64,000 nt of DNA, from the NCBI GenBank assembly GCA_002269645.1, contig NIVC01000636.1:1-64000 (forward strand), read 5' to 3'. The notes below the pieces were generated by a model. It saw only the letters and a program-made list of their open reading frames with translations. It was not told the origin of the DNA and ran no database searches. Origin of the DNA: Macrostomum lignano (lineage: Eukaryota). A program made the position numbers and the translations under genes. Shown here piece by piece: positions 1 to 13,152 of this stretch (the first letter of the stretch is position 1; each line of letters opens with the position of its first letter).

Positions 1-3000
1 CAAGGGTAAGTTGATGAGATCCCTGCTGCCTCGCTGCTGTCTCACTGCTGCCTCGCTGCTGTCTCACTGCTGCCTCACTGCTGCTCACTGCTGCCTCACT
101 GCTACCTCACTGCTGCCTCACTGCTGCCTCACTGCTACCTCACTGCTGCCTCACTGCTGCCTCACTGCTACCTCACTGCTGTCTCACTGCTACCTCACTG
201 CTACCTCACTGCTGCCTCACTGCTGCCTCACTGCTACCTCACTGCTGCCTCACTGCTGCCTCACTACTGCCTCCTGCTACCTCACTGCTGCCTCGCTGCT
301 GCCTCACCGCTACTCACTGCTGCCTCGCTGCTGCCTCACTGCTACCTCACTGCTACCTCACTGCTGCCTCACCGTACCTCACTGCTGCCCACTGCTGCTC
401 ACTGCTGCCTCACTGCTGCCTAACTGCTGCCTCACTGCTGCCTCACTGCTGCCTCACTGCTGCCTCACTGCTGCCTCACTGCTGCCTCACTGCTGCCTCA
501 CTGCTGCCTCACGCTACCTCACTGCTGCCTCACCGCTACCTCACTGCTGCCTCACTGCTAACCTCACTGCTGCCTCACTGCTGCCTCACTGCTGCCTAAC
601 TGCTGCCTCACTGCTGCCTCACTGCTCTCACTGCTGCCTCACTGCTGACACTCAAATGCCGCTCTCTACTCCCCATCTTTCTGCAAAAGAGCGAATGTCT
701 GTTTCGCAATTTTATCCTCAGACGTCAGCACGCAACCTTTGCGGAAGTCACGTCACCCCCATGCCATGCTTGTAGTGACGCCCGGGCTGAGCCATGCTGC
801 AATTGTCAGATTCAATTAACTGACTTTCAATTCAAAAATCATAAATCTCAATTCTATTGAGACTGAGCTCTAGGAGCGCATCGGTTATTCCCGTGTCTTG
901 CAGGTGGAAGGTCCAGGAAGTTCTCGCAGGTGCTGTCCCGCTCTGGCTCAGTGCGGATGCTTTGAGCGCACTCAGATCAGGTTCGTCTCTTTAATTGAGC
1001 AGACTTCGGTTCGATTCAGCAGGCCAGCTGCTGTCATGGCAGGTGGCGGTCGGATCAAAGGACTCCGGCATGTCATCAGCGGCCTGAGCACCCGCTTCCT
1101 GCTGATTTCCCTTTTCAGTCTTGCAGCAAGCCGCAGCACTGCAGATTCGCTGTCTGTTAACCACTTCTGCCCACTCAAGCCTGCACTCACTCTGAGAAAA
1201 CCCGTTGGCATTCGACAGTTCGACAAGCTGAAAAGAGGATGAGTTTGAATATGCATGAGCACCCTCAGAGCATTCTTCCATATCCCTCCTGCGTGCTGAC
1301 TCAATCTGTCAAGAGTGCAGGCTGGCAGAGTTTCAGGCGCGAGTTATTTTTATCCTGCAGCGGTGCCGAGCGTTTTTGTGACGCCATCTTTCCTTGCTGA
1401 GCAGCCTCGTCAGCTGCTCGGCTCGCTGCAGCTGGTCAGTTATTCGGATCAGCACTTTTAGTAGCGGCTGGATGAGAGAAATGTGGAAAACAGCAACAGG
1501 AGGCAGACAATAAATTTATGATGAGGCGGAAGGGCAGCTGCAGGCGAGTCCTGGCACGCACAGGATTTGCCCATCCTTGAGCTCCTGCTGCCTGCTTTAG
1601 TATCTGCAGAGCCGCTGTCGCCATGGTATCTGCAGAGCCGCTGTCGCCATGGTTACTCAGGAGCGCCATTCTAATTTGAGCTGCCGCTGTTGCTCGAGAA
1701 TACAGATGGACTATACAGGGAAGAAGCGGAGCCGGGGGAAGTGCGGGGACACGAGAGGGCGAAGGTCCTGTGACAGGGCCGGGACACGAGAGGGCGAAGG
1801 TCCTGTGACAGGGCTGGGACACGAGAGGGCGAAGGTCCAGTGACAGGGCCGGGACACGAGAGGGCGAAGGTCCAGTGACAGGGCCGGGACACGAGAGGGC
1901 GAAGATCCTGTGACAGGCTGCCAGGGCGCATCGAGAACGTTCGGAATGAAGGTTGAAACGTTCTGGTGGGATATTGAGACCAGGCTCAGAAAGGAAAAAA
2001 GTTGGGGAGGGAAGATGCAGAAGAATAATGAGGCACGGGGGAAGAGGGAGATAAAGATGGGGAGAAGGAAGCTGGAATGCGCCGAAGAGAAGGGAGGCGA
2101 GCAGCTGGGCGACGCCAAGCCCTCCATTCAATTATGCCACAGCGAGCCGGGGCTGGCAGTTGCACACCTGAATGAACTTTTCTGCGTCATCGGAAGCTGA
2201 AGATGGGAGCCAGCTTCCCCCCCCCCCAGCGGAGCCGCCCCGTCTAAGCAGCCGCGACAGCGGGGACAGTCGCGAGTGGCAAGTAGGAAACAATGCTGCG
2301 GGAGCTGGGAGAAATTTCCCGCCATCCCACACCTGCTTCATGCAGCGAGCGCTGCGCTGGATTGCTGCTTTGGCTGCCCCCCCCCCGGGCTGGGACAGCC
2401 CGCGCTCAAATATTCAGCAGCGAGGGGTGGCTGCCCAGTGGGTGCCGGCGCAGCCTGGGCAGCTGAGACAGTGGCGCCTGACCAATGAAGTTCTGTTACA
2501 ATGCCGCGGCGCCCTGCACTGCGAAACCTGATGCTGGACAGAGTGTACTTCTACAGATGCTGCGCTGTAGCCGCTATAGGGCTGAGGCCCAGACTGAGAA
2601 TATGGGTGGTGGCGACGGTCTGGCAACTGAGGATCTTGCCAGGTCCTGAGGCTGGCGACACAGTCTGAGGATCTGAGAAGGTGGCGCCACAGTCTGAGGA
2701 TCTGAGAAGGTGGCGCCGCAGTCTGAGGATCTAGGAAGGTGGCGCCACAGTCTGAGGATCTGAGAGGCTGGCGCCAGTCTGAGGATCTGAGAGGCTGGCG
2801 CCACAGTCTGAGGATCTGAGAAGGTGGCGCCGCAGTCTGAGGATCTAGGAAGGTGGCGCCACAGTCTGAGGATCTGGGAAGCTGGCGCCACAGTCTGAGG
2901 ATCTGAGAGGCTGGCGCCACAGTCTGAGGATCTGGGATGCTGGCGCCACAGTCTGAGGATCTGAGAGGCTGGCGCCACAGTCTGAGGATCTGAGAGGCTG

Positions 3001-6000
3001 GCGCCACAGTCTGAGGATCTGAGAGGGCGGCGCCGCAGTCTGAGGATCTAAGAAGGTGGCGCCACAGTCTGAGGATCTGGGAGGCTGGCGTCACAGTCTG
3101 AGGATCTGAGAGGCTGGCGCCACAGTCTAAGGATCTGAGAGGGCGGCGCCGCAGTCTGAGGATCTAGGAAGGTTGCGCCACAATCTGAGGATCTGAGAGG
3201 CTGGCGCCACAGTCTAAGGATCTGAGAGGGCGGCGCCGCAGTCTGAGGATCTGAAAGGCTGGCGCCACAGTCTGAGGATCTGGGATGCTGGCGCCACAGT
3301 CTGAGGATCTGAGAGGCTGGCGCCACAGTCTGAGGATCTGGGATGCTGGCGCCACAGTCTGAGGATCTGAGAGGCTGGCGCCACAGTCTGAGGATCTGAG
3401 AAGGTGGCGCCGCAGTCTGAGGATCTAGGAAGGTGGCGCCACAGTCTGAGGATCTGGGAGGCTGGCGCCACAGTCTGGATCTGGGAGGCTGGCGCCAGTC
3501 TGAGGATCTGAGAGGCTGGCGCCACAGTCTGAGGATCTGAAAAGGTGGCGCCAGAGTCTGAGGATCTAGGAAGATGGCGCCACAGTCTGAGGATCTGGGA
3601 GGCTGGCGCCACAGTCTGAGGATCTGAGAGGCTGGCGCCACAGTCTGAGGATCTGGGATGCTGGCGCCACAGTCTGAGGATCTGAGAGGCTGGCGCCACA
3701 GTCTGAGGATCTGGGATGCTGGCGCCACAGTCTGAGGATCTGAGAGGCTGGCGCCAGTCTGAGGATCTGAGAGGCTGGCGCCACAGTCTGAGGATCTGAG
3801 AAGGTGGCGCCGCAGTCTGAGGATCTAGGAAGGTGGCGCCACAGTCTGAGGATCTGGGAGGCTGGCGTCACAGTCTGAGGATCTGAGAGGCTGGCGCCAC
3901 AGTCTAAGGATCTGAGAGGGCGGCGCCGCAGTCTGAGGATCTAGGAAGGTTGCGCCACAGTCTGAGGATCTGAGAGGCTGGCGCCACAGTCTAAGGATCT
4001 GAGAGGGCGGCGCCGCAGTCTGAGGATCTGAAAGGCTGGCGCCACAGTCTGAGGATCTGGGATGCTGGCGCCACAGTCTGAGGATCTGGGAGGCTGGCGC
4101 CACAGTCTGAGGATCTGGGAGGCTGGCGCCATAGTCTGAGGATCTGGGAGGGAACAAATCCTCACAGCGAACCTCCAGCAGCACGCCCGAGATTATCCGC
4201 AGCCGCTTATCCTAAACGCCCGCAGAGAAAGTGGCAATAAAAATTCTGGACAAGACGAAGCTGGACGCCAAGACGCAGCAGCTTCTCTCTCGCGAGGTGA
4301 CAGTGATGGAGCGGCTGCAGCATCCCTGCGTGATCTGCCTGTTCGAGGTGATCGAGAGCGTCGCCAAGCTGCACCTGGTGATGGAGTTTGCGCCAGGTGG
4401 CGAGCTGTTCACGAAAATCCGGCGGGAGGGCCGCATGGCTGAGGCCCGGGCCAGGAACATCTTCGGCCAGGTGGCCGCGGCTGTGGAGCACATGGTGAGG
4501 ATTGGAACTGGGATGAGGAGAATTGGGATTGGGATTGGGATAGGGATGGGGAACTAGGGATGGGGAGAATTGGGGATGGGGAACTAGGGATGGGGATAAT
4601 TGGGGATGGGGAACTGGAGATGGGGAGAATTGGGGATGGGGAACTGGGATGGGGAACTGGGGATGGAAAACTGGGGATTTGGAACTGGAGATGGGGAGAT
4701 TTGGGGATGGGGAACTGGGGATGGGGAGAATTGGATGGGGAACTGAGGATTTGGAACTGGGGATGGGGAGAATTGGGGATGGGGAACTGAGGATTTAGAA
4801 CTGGGGATGGGGAACTGGGGATGGGGAGAATTGGGATGGGGAACTGAGGATTTAGAACTGGGATGGGGAACTGGGGATGGGGAGAATTGGGGATGGGAAC
4901 TGGGGACGGGGAGAATTGGATGGGGAACTGAGGATTTGGAACTGGGATGGGGAACTGGGGAACTGAGGATTTAGAACTGGGGATGGGGAGAATTGGGGAT
5001 GGGGAACTGAGGATTTGGAACTGGGGATGGGGAACTGGGGATGGGGAGAATTGGGGATGGGGAACTGAGGATTTAGAACTGGGGATGGGGAACTGGGGAT
5101 GGGGAGAATTGGGGATGGGGAACTGGGGACGGGGAACTGGGGACGGGGAGAATTGGATGGGGAACTGAGGATTTAGAACTGGGGATGGGGAACTGGGGAT
5201 GGGGAACTGGGGATGGGGAACTGGGATGGGGAACTGTGGATGGGGAACTGGGATGGGGAACTGGGGATTTGGATTTGGGATGGGGAACTGGGGATGGGGA
5301 GAATTAGGGATGGGGAACCGAGGATGGGAAACTGTGGATGGGGAAGTGCGGATGAGTAAGTGGATATAAGGAACTGGGATAGGGAGAACCGTGAATGAGG
5401 ACATAGCAGGTTGAGTTGAGAGAGCTAGCTAAATATATTGACGGGTGGAGCAGAGATTTTATGACAGGAAGATAGCAGCTACAGTTAGCAAGTACGAGTA
5501 GCAAAGGAATAAAAGGGACTTGGGCAGAACTCGAAGCCTCTGTCGCTATCGAGTTACGTTGCTTCCATTCAGTGCAGCATGACTCATTTTTCTCAGACAG
5601 GCCTCTCTGACTAAGAGAGAACTGGCGTAGAAGCAAGTCAGATCGGGTGTCCCAGCTTGCTCAGAGCATGCGCTCCGAGCTTGGGGAAGGGAGCAGGTAG
5701 CTTGGGGAAGGGGACAGGTAGCTTGGGGAAGGGGACAGGTAGCTTGAGGAAGGGGACAGGTAGCTTGGGGAAGGGGACAGGTAGCTTGGGGAAGGGGACA
5801 GGTAGCTTGGGGAAGGGGACAGGTAGCTTGGGGAAGGGGACAGGTAGCTTGGGGAAGGGGACAGGTAGCTTGGGGAAGGGGACAGGTAGCTTGGGGAAGG
5901 GGACAGGTAGCTTGGGGAAGGGGACAGGTAGCTTGAGGAAGGGGACAGGTAGCTTGGGGAAGGGGACAGGTAGCTTGGGGAAGGGGACAGGTAGCTTGAG

Positions 6001-7343
6001 GAAGGGGACAGGTAGCTTGGGGAGGGGACAGGTAGCTTGAGGAAGGGGACAGGTAGCTTGAGGAAGGGGACAGGTAGCTTGGGGAAGGGGACAGGTAGCT
6101 TGGGAAAGGGAACAGGTAGCTTGAGGAAGGGGACAGGTAGCTTGGGGAAGGGGACAGGTAGCTTGAGGAAGGGGACAGGTAGCTTGGGAAGGGGACAGGT
6201 AGCTTGGGAAGGGGACAGGTAGCTTGAGGAAGGGGACAGGTAGCTTGGGAAGGGGACATGTAGCTTGGGGAAGGGGACAGGTAGCTTGAGGAAGGGGACA
6301 GGTAGCTTGGGGAAGGGGACAGGTAGCTTGGGAAGGGGACAGGTAGCTTGGGGAAGGGGACAGGTAGCTTGGGGAAGGGGACAGGTAGCTTGGGGAGGGG
6401 ACAGGTAGCATGTCGGACAAAATGAAGTTTAGATTTGTGCGGAATTGGTTTAAGATGGCTGGGAATATTCGCTGTTCGCATTACTGTAAGTAGTCAAGCA
6501 TGAGTCAGCCTAAAGCAAATCATTCCCCGACCGCAGCACTCGCGTCACGTGGTCCACCGGGACCTGAAGGCGGAGAACGTATTCTTCGCCGGGCCGCGTC
6601 ACGTGAAGGTCGGGGACTTCGGCTTCAGCACGGTGGCCAGGCCGCAGCAGGAGCTGCACACATTCTGCGGCTCGCCGCCCTACGCGGCGCCCGAGCTTTT
6701 CCGCCGGGAATCCTCATCGACTTATCGGGGCCAGCCGGTGGACATCTGGGCGCTGGGCGTCCTGCTGTTCTTCATGCTGGCCGGGGCGCTGCCGTTCCGC
6801 GCGGCCACCCTCGGTCGGCTGCGCCAGTTGGTGCTGGACAGCGACTTTCGGCTGCCGGCCTTCATCTCGGAGCCGGCGCGGCAGCTCGTGGCCGCCCTGC
6901 TGCAGTCGGAGCCCGACGCCCGTCCGAAGGCCACTGAAGTCGCCGGAGCCGCTTGGCTGACCGAGGCGGCTGCGGCGGAGCGCAGGGCGGCGCAGCGGAA
7001 GCCGCAAGCGGCTGAGCGGCCCGAGGAGCCTCCAGGAGAAGAGCGTAATGGGCAGCGGGACACGCGGCGTGAGGAGCGGCGGAGGCAGCGACGCGAGGCG
7101 GCGGCCCGCAGGCAGCTCAGCCAGCTGGGCATCGACGAGAGAAGCCTGGAGGAGGCGGCCGGGTCGGTCCGCTCCCCCGTCGGCGGCGCCTACCGGATCG
7201 CCCTGCACCGGCTGTGCAGCAAAGACCGGGGAAAAGGCATCGACTGGGACGACGAAGGAGACGAAGACGATGGCGAGACGAGGCGACCGCGAAGGCAACG
7301 AAACGGGGAGTCCGAGACCAGCAGAACTTGCCGGCTGCTCTGA
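1..7343 (+). CDS. NIM1K: NIM1K-like (AMPK/CAMK-family) serine/threonine kinase, 5'-truncated by the window edge
   Basis: Exons: ..1-5 (C AAG G|gtaag), 4226-4494 (cgcag|AG AAA GTG, giving K-E-K-VAIKILDKTKLDAKTQQLLSREV...AVEHM|gtgag) and 6537-7343 (HSRHVVHRDLKAENVFF, DFG, TFCGSPPYAAPE, DIWALGVLL, SPVGGAYRIALHRL). The protein ends TCRLL*, a CaaX-like end similar to CSIL of NIM1K as I recall it. Confidence 0.92.
25..647. repeat. Intronic minisatellite, ~11-bp core CTCACTGCTGC
   Basis: Directly visible. Starts ~20 nt after the donor at position 6 and explains ORF 11..775. Confidence 0.95.
1745..1917. repeat. 35-bp tandem repeat, ~5 copies
   Basis: Unit GGGACACGAGAGGGCGAAGGTCCTGTGACAGGGCC. Confidence 0.9.
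2622..4150. repeat. 29-bp intronic minisatellite
   Basis: Unit GGCGCCACAGTCTGAGGATCTGAGAGGCT with recurring variants. Confidence 0.95.
4496..5352. repeat. G-rich intronic array (GGGGAACT/GGGGAT units)
   Basis: Begins immediately after the donor at 4495 and has dense GGGG tracts. Confidence 0.93.
5688..6410. repeat. 21-bp G-rich intronic minisatellite
   Basis: Unit GGGACAGGTAGCTTGGGGAAG. Confidence 0.95.
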
Positions 7344-7530
7344 CCTTCAGCCAGCCGCCCCTCAACCTTCAGCCCTGCGACCCTCAACTTTCAGCCCTCC
7401 GCCCCTCAACCTTCAGCCCTTCGCTCCCTCCATCTTCAGCCCTCCGCTCCCTCCATCTTCAGCCCTCCGCCCCTCAACCTTCAGCCCTCCGCCCTCAACC
7501 TTCAGTCCTCCGCTCCCTTAATCTTCAGCC
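7344..7530. repeat. CCTTCAGCCC-type repeat directly after the kinase stop codon
   Basis: Degenerate CCTTCAGCCCTCCG units start at the base after TGA. Confidence 0.8.
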
Positions 7531-8077
7531 CTCCGCCCCTCCACCTTCCTGCTTGGCTCGCAAGTACACTCGTAGCCGCATTCGCACCAGTGCAAAAAAT
7601 GCACCGTACACTCGCGTTAGAATTGCTTTCAGACATTTCCGGTGATGAATGACTCTAAAGCTACACGCAGATGATGCCATCAATCCAAGAGTTGAATGTT
7701 TTTTTGCACTTCAAATTTGTTGATTCAGGAAATGCCGCTTCCTTCACAACTAAAGCCGAGTCAGCAGTGATTGCACTTGACGCGGCAGCTTACCTGGCTG
7801 CGAGTAACTGTAAGCAGTTTCTGCGAAGCAACATCAAACCTTTTTTTCACTTGCAGCCACAGATTTAAATGTTTGAAGTTATTGTAAATTGCAATAAATC
7901 CGAAACAATGCAGCGAGGATTAACTCCCGCGAACGCGTCAGCTGCAGAATCTCAAGAAACCCGCGCGGTAGATGGATTCGAGGTCTGTTGTTCTAGCGTG
8001 CAGGATTCTTAGACGGTCTTGAGGCGCCACACTGACTGCACCACGAAGGGCGCTGTGTTTGGGGGGGGGGCACTGTT

Positions 8078-8870
8078 TTAGGGGCGCTCTCTTTGGGGGT
8101 GCTGTCTTTGGGGGTGCTGTCTTTGGGGGCGCTGTCTTTGGGGGTGCTGTCTTTGGGGCCCCCGCCTTTGGGGGCGCTGTCTTTGGGGGCGCTGTCTTTG
8201 GGGGTGCTGTCTTTGGGGCCCCCGTCTTTGGGGCGCTCTCTTTAGGGGTGCTGTCTTTGGGGCGCTGTCTTTGGGGGTGCTGTCTTTGGGGCCCCCGTCT
8301 TTGGGGGCGCTGTCTTTGGGGGCGCTGTCTTTGGGGGTGCTGTCTTTGGGGGTGCTGTCTTTGGGGGCGCTGTCTTTGGGGTGCTGTCTTTGGGGGCGCT
8401 GTCTTTGGGGGTGCTGTCTTTGGGGGCGCTGTCTTTGGGAGCGCTGTTTTTGGGGGCGCTGTCTTTGGGGGTGCTGTCTTTGGGGCCCCCGTCTTTGGGG
8501 GCGCTGTCTTTGGGGGCGCTGTCTTTGGGGGCGCTGTCTTTGGGGGTGCTGTCTTTGGGGCTCCCGTCTTTGGGGGCGCTGTCTTTGGGGGTGCTGTCTT
8601 TGGGGCCCCCGTCTTTGGGGGTGCTGTCTTTGGGGGTGCTGTCTTTGGGGGTGCTGTCTTTGGGGGCGCTGTCTTTGGGGGTGCTGTCTTTGGGGGTGCT
8701 GTCTTTGGGGGCGCTGTCTTTGGGGGTGATGTCTTTGGGGGCGCTGTCTTTGGGGGTGCTGTCTTTGGGGGCGCTGTCTTTGGGGGCGCTGTCTTTGGGG
8801 AGGTGCTGTCTTTCGGGGCGCTGTCTTTGGGGGTGCTGTCTTTGGGGGGGGGGCTGTCTGGGGCCGCTGT
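8078..8870. repeat. 15-bp intergenic minisatellite
   Basis: Unit GGGGGYGCTGTCTTT; explains ORFs 7938..8873 and 8059..8892. Confidence 0.95.
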
Positions 8871-9323
8871 CACTGGGGGGCGCTATCTTTGAATGCGTTG
8901 TTTCAGGCACAATATTTCGTAGTTAAGCGGCTGAAGGGCCTTCAAGCCTCACCCGAATTCAGCCCGGAGCTCTTAAAGCAAATTCTAAGAAATGCAACTT
9001 CGCCCAAAACAGGTGACTTCTTGTTGAGTCCGAGCGCGGTCATTTGAAATTGAGTTGGAGTTCACTGACAGAGAACTGAGCTATTGAACTGAAGTTTTGA
9101 ATCGAAATCCAAATGCAGAAAATATCGAACGGGATTATTATGTGATTTTATTAACCTCGGCTGCAAGCACCAAACTGGGGCAAATGCACTGGAGACATGC
9201 AGAGACTGGGATGGGGAGCAAGTTAACAAAACTGCATCAAAATGCATCACAAGTGAGCAATGTGGGAATCAGTGAAGCTGGAATTCAGTATGATAGAACA
9301 GATGAAGATGCCGATGCGGGCAG

Positions 9324-11974
9324 TCAGTCCTGCAGCTGGAAAAGGCCCACCAGCCCCCAGTGATCGGAGGGAAACAGCTGGGTCCCGGCCGCCGGCTGCA
9401 GCCCCACAAGCTGAAAGTCCAGCGGCTGCATGCGCCAGGCCAGCATGCGATCGAAGCGGCAGCGGGCGCGGCCCATGTTCTGCGGATCGGACGGGCGGGC
9501 GCGATCGGCTACTGCGAGTAGCAAGCATCGCTCAGTGCCTAATAATTCTTTCCAATTTAGTAGGGACAGAAATGAGCTGCAGCCGAACCTGAGCGCAGTC
9601 TCACCTGTATGTTGCGGTTGCGCGTGGCGTCCCAGGTGTACTGCGCCTCAGGCCGGGCGCCGCAGTGGCTCCAGGCGTCCAGAACTCCCGCTGGCAGGCC
9701 GCCAATCGCCTGAAGCTCGGCGTCGCGCAGGTTCAGATCGCCGGCTAGAAGGGCCGGCTTGGCCGACTCTGTCAGGGTGCGCAAAGCCGTGGACAGCTGG
9801 CGCTTTCGCTCGGCCGCAAAGTCCTTGGTAGACTCCAGGTGGGTGTTCAACAGCAGCACCTGAAATGATGTTGAAAAGTAGATAATTTGTTGATTGATAG
9901 CTCAATAATCTGATTGGCTGATAGCTAGAGTAGATTCCTGTGGTGAGTACACCTCTCCTAGCCAATTCATAGTACGCGTAGCCTCTCCGCGAGCGTGCCA
10001 AGCTGGTGTAAACCGGCCCATTCCTAGGTCTCCAATTCCGCCCCCTTTATGAGTAAGCCTGCGTGCGATTGGCCAGAGCCGGGGTAGACATTGTTGTCTG
10101 ACCTCCCGGAGCAGTCTGAGTGGCTGGGCCAACCCCTCACAGTTTGAGGGGTTGGCCTCTTTAAGCCGGGAGGCTGCCATCTGCCCCTACCCCGCTACGT
10201 CTACCTATTTATTTGGAACTCCTACAGAGACTGTTTTTGTACCTTTCGGATTGGCTGGTAGCTAGGTAGATTGTGATTGGCTGATAGGTAGATGGTGATT
10301 GACTGATAGCCAGGCTAGGTAGATTGTGATTGGCTGATAGGTAGATTTTGATTGGCTGATAGCCAGGCCAGGTAGATTGTGATTGGCTGATAGCCAGGCC
10401 AGGTAGATTGTGATTGACTGATAGCCAGGCCAGGTAGATTGTGATTAACTGATAGCCAGGCCAGGTAGATTGTGATTGGCTGATAGGTAGATTTTGATTG
10501 GCTGATAGCCAGGCCAGGTAGATTGTGATTAACTGATAGCCAGGCCAGGTAGATTGTGATTGGCTGATAGGTAGATTTTGATTGGCTGATAGGTAGCTTC
10601 TGATTGGCTGATAGGTAGATTGTGATGGCTGATAGGTAGATTTTGATTGGCTGATAGGTAGCTTCTGATTGGCTGATAGGTAGATTGTGATGGCTGATAG
10701 GTAGATTTTGATTGGCTGATAGGTAGCTTCTGATTGGCTGATAGCTAGGTAGATTGTGATTGGCTGATAGGTAGATTGTGATTGGCTGATAGGTAGATTG
10801 TGATTGGCTGATAGGTAGCTTCTGATTGGCTGATAGCTAGGTAGATTGTGATTGGCTGATAGGTAGATTGTGATTGGCTGATAGGTAGATTCTGATTGGC
10901 TGGTAACTAGCTAATTCTCACCTCGGGACCGTTCGCTGACTTGACTCGCACAGCCAGCAGTGTCCGGTCCATCCGAGAGCCCTCAAAGCGGTGCAGGCTG
11001 GGGCTCAGCAACTGCAGGCGGCCGCGGCGCAGCAGCGTGGCGGTGAAGTAGCGATCGTCGGGGTGCGCTCGGCCGTCCACGAACTCGTAGCGGTCGCGAA
11101 GCAGGCGACGCAGCAGGTCCAGCGTGTCTGGAGCCACTTCCTGCACAGGCGGCGGCGGGCAAATTCATGGCACCTGCTCCCTGTCATAGTGAAAGCACCC
11201 CAGAGCACAGCACTTTGAAACTGAGGCTCCATCAGAATCGAAGCACCCCAGAGCACAGCACTATGGAACTGAGGCTCCATCAGAATCGAAGCACCCCAGA
11301 GCACAGCACTATGGAACTGAGGCTCCATCAGAATCGAAGCACCCCAGAGCACAGCACTATGGAACTGAGGCTCCATCAGAATCAAAGCACCCCAGAGCAC
11401 AGCACTTTGGAACTGAGGCTCCATCAGAATCAAAGCACCCCAGAGCACAGCACTATGGAACTGAGGCTCCATCAGAATCAAAGCACCCCAGAGCACAGCA
11501 CTATGGAACTGAGGCTCCATCAGAATCAAAGCACCCCAGAGCACAGCACTATGGAACTGAGGCTCCATCAGAATCAAAGCACCCCAGAGCACAGGTGCTC
11601 AAACCCACATGAGCTCCGGCGCTCACCTGAAGGTGGACGGCGTGCGGCTCGGCATCCCGCAGAACAGCGATGGCGGCCCGCGTCCGCGCCTCCACCTGCT
11701 GGTCCGTCAGGCCGTCCAGATTCCACGACATCACGCACAGCTGGCGCGGATCCTCGTTGCTGGAGGCCGCAGCCGGCAGCGCCAGGGTGGCTGGCGCGTC
11801 GCCACCGAAGCAGCGGTCCAGAGCGGCTGGCAGGGACCAGCCGTTGTTCTGCAGCATCATCAGCGCAAAGGCCGAGTCGGTGCCCGTGATCTCGGCGAAC
11901 TGGTCGCAGAGCCTGCGGCACACCGGCTCTGGCGGGATGTCACCAGAGTCTTCGTCAGGGCTGTCCACCTCCAT
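9324..11974 (-). CDS. TDP2: Tyrosyl-DNA phosphodiesterase 2 (UBA-like N-terminus plus EEP domain)
   Basis: Exons 11627-11974, 10922-11140, 9605-9859 and 9324-9479, all GT-AG and phase 0. Motifs: CDQFAEITGTDSAFALMMLQNNGW (UBA-like), SWNLDGL, HLQE, THLES, AGDLNLRD, YTWD, RFDR, FPSDHWGL. Confidence 0.93.
10248..10905. repeat. TDP2 intron 2 minisatellite (GATTGGCTGATAGGTAGATTGT-type)
   Basis: Directly visible. A relic copy lies at ~9895-9937. Confidence 0.92.
11193..11594. repeat. 48-bp minisatellite, ~8 copies, TDP2 intron 1
   Basis: Unit GAGGCTCCATCAGAATCAAAGCACCCCAGAGCACAGCACTATGGAACT. Confidence 0.95.
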
Positions 11975-12759
11975 GCAAGCAATGAGGCCTGAATGATACT
12001 CAGCGATCAAGATATTTATAAATTATAAATCATAAAGGACTACATATGTATATAAGCATATATATTATATGAGGCTATATATATCTAATGTATCTAGAAT
12101 ATATCTAGAAGGCTTCCCTTAAAGATACTGAATTGACTTCCTCATTATATCTACAATGCAATCATTCATTCAGGGTTTTTATACCATAAAAATACTATAG
12201 CTTCTCAAATTCCAATATCTACTTCAATGCAATGTTTTGGCAAAAACTATTATTAGATTTTATTTTTATAGTCCATTCAACTCATTGAAGATAAAAGGCA
12301 TTTTTTACATTTCTTACATAGGCAAAAAGCCCAGATGATATGCCTCTCATTATAAAGGCATATATGATATAAATAATATTATGCCACTCCACTTCTTTGC
12401 AGATTAAGAATATATAAGCATAGCTATTTACCTCTATATACTAAAGGATATTGTATCCATAGATCATCTATCCATATAGATATGGCTAGCCTAGGGGCTA
12501 TTATATATTAATATTGTTTTTAATAGGATAGGACTATATTAGCATATAATAGTAATGCTAAGTGAAACTAATATAGTCATATAATAGATCTAAAGACTTC
12601 TTTTAACCATCCTCCTTGCTTGACCTTGACCTTAATTCCTTAATTATTTGGCTAATAATACATTTGAAATATACTGTCTAATACAAATAACTTATTATAC
12701 TAAGGCCAAGTAATTATCAATTTATATAAGAATTCTAAGCTTATAATAAGTACTTTTTA

Positions 12760-13152
12760 CGAAGAGCTTGCGTGCACGGCAGCCGTTCATGTAAGCTCAG
12801 AATTGCGTGCACGGTGGCTATCTACCTAGTGCTTTATTTGCATGTATGCAGCCATCCACCTAGTGTTGTAATTGCGTGTACGGCAGCCGGCAATTGGCCG
12901 GGACTGGGCCCTTAAATCCACGCATTGGCGTTGGCAAACCTAATTAAAAAATATTTTTACTATATTGTTTTATAATGCTTTATCCCCCGTACACCATGGA
13001 CTGCAAATGTAATCTTAATTCATTGTTTTTTTGTTAACTTGAATATTAATTCGAATAGTATATGACTTACTGTATAAGCCTATAAGGTATAGCTCTGCCA
13101 TGCACGCAATTCTGAGCTTACGTGAACGGCGGCCGTGCACGCAAGCTCTTCA
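12760..13152. mobile_element. 393-bp MITE with 55-bp terminal inverted repeats
   Basis: 12760-12814 and 13098-13152 are inverted (51/55 identical). The element is flanked by the direct repeat TACTTTTTA (12751-12759 and 13153-13161). Confidence 0.85.

Noticed and set aside
898-1304. Overlapping ORFs on both strands in kinase intron 1
   Set aside because: No recognisable motifs and no clear codon bias.
2172-2531. 119-aa GC-rich ORF in kinase intron 1 ending ...GALHCET*, considered as an alternative kinase N-lobe exon
   Set aside because: It has no GxGxxG loop and no compatible donor, and the junction from position 5 to 4226 already restores the TKEKVAIK motif.
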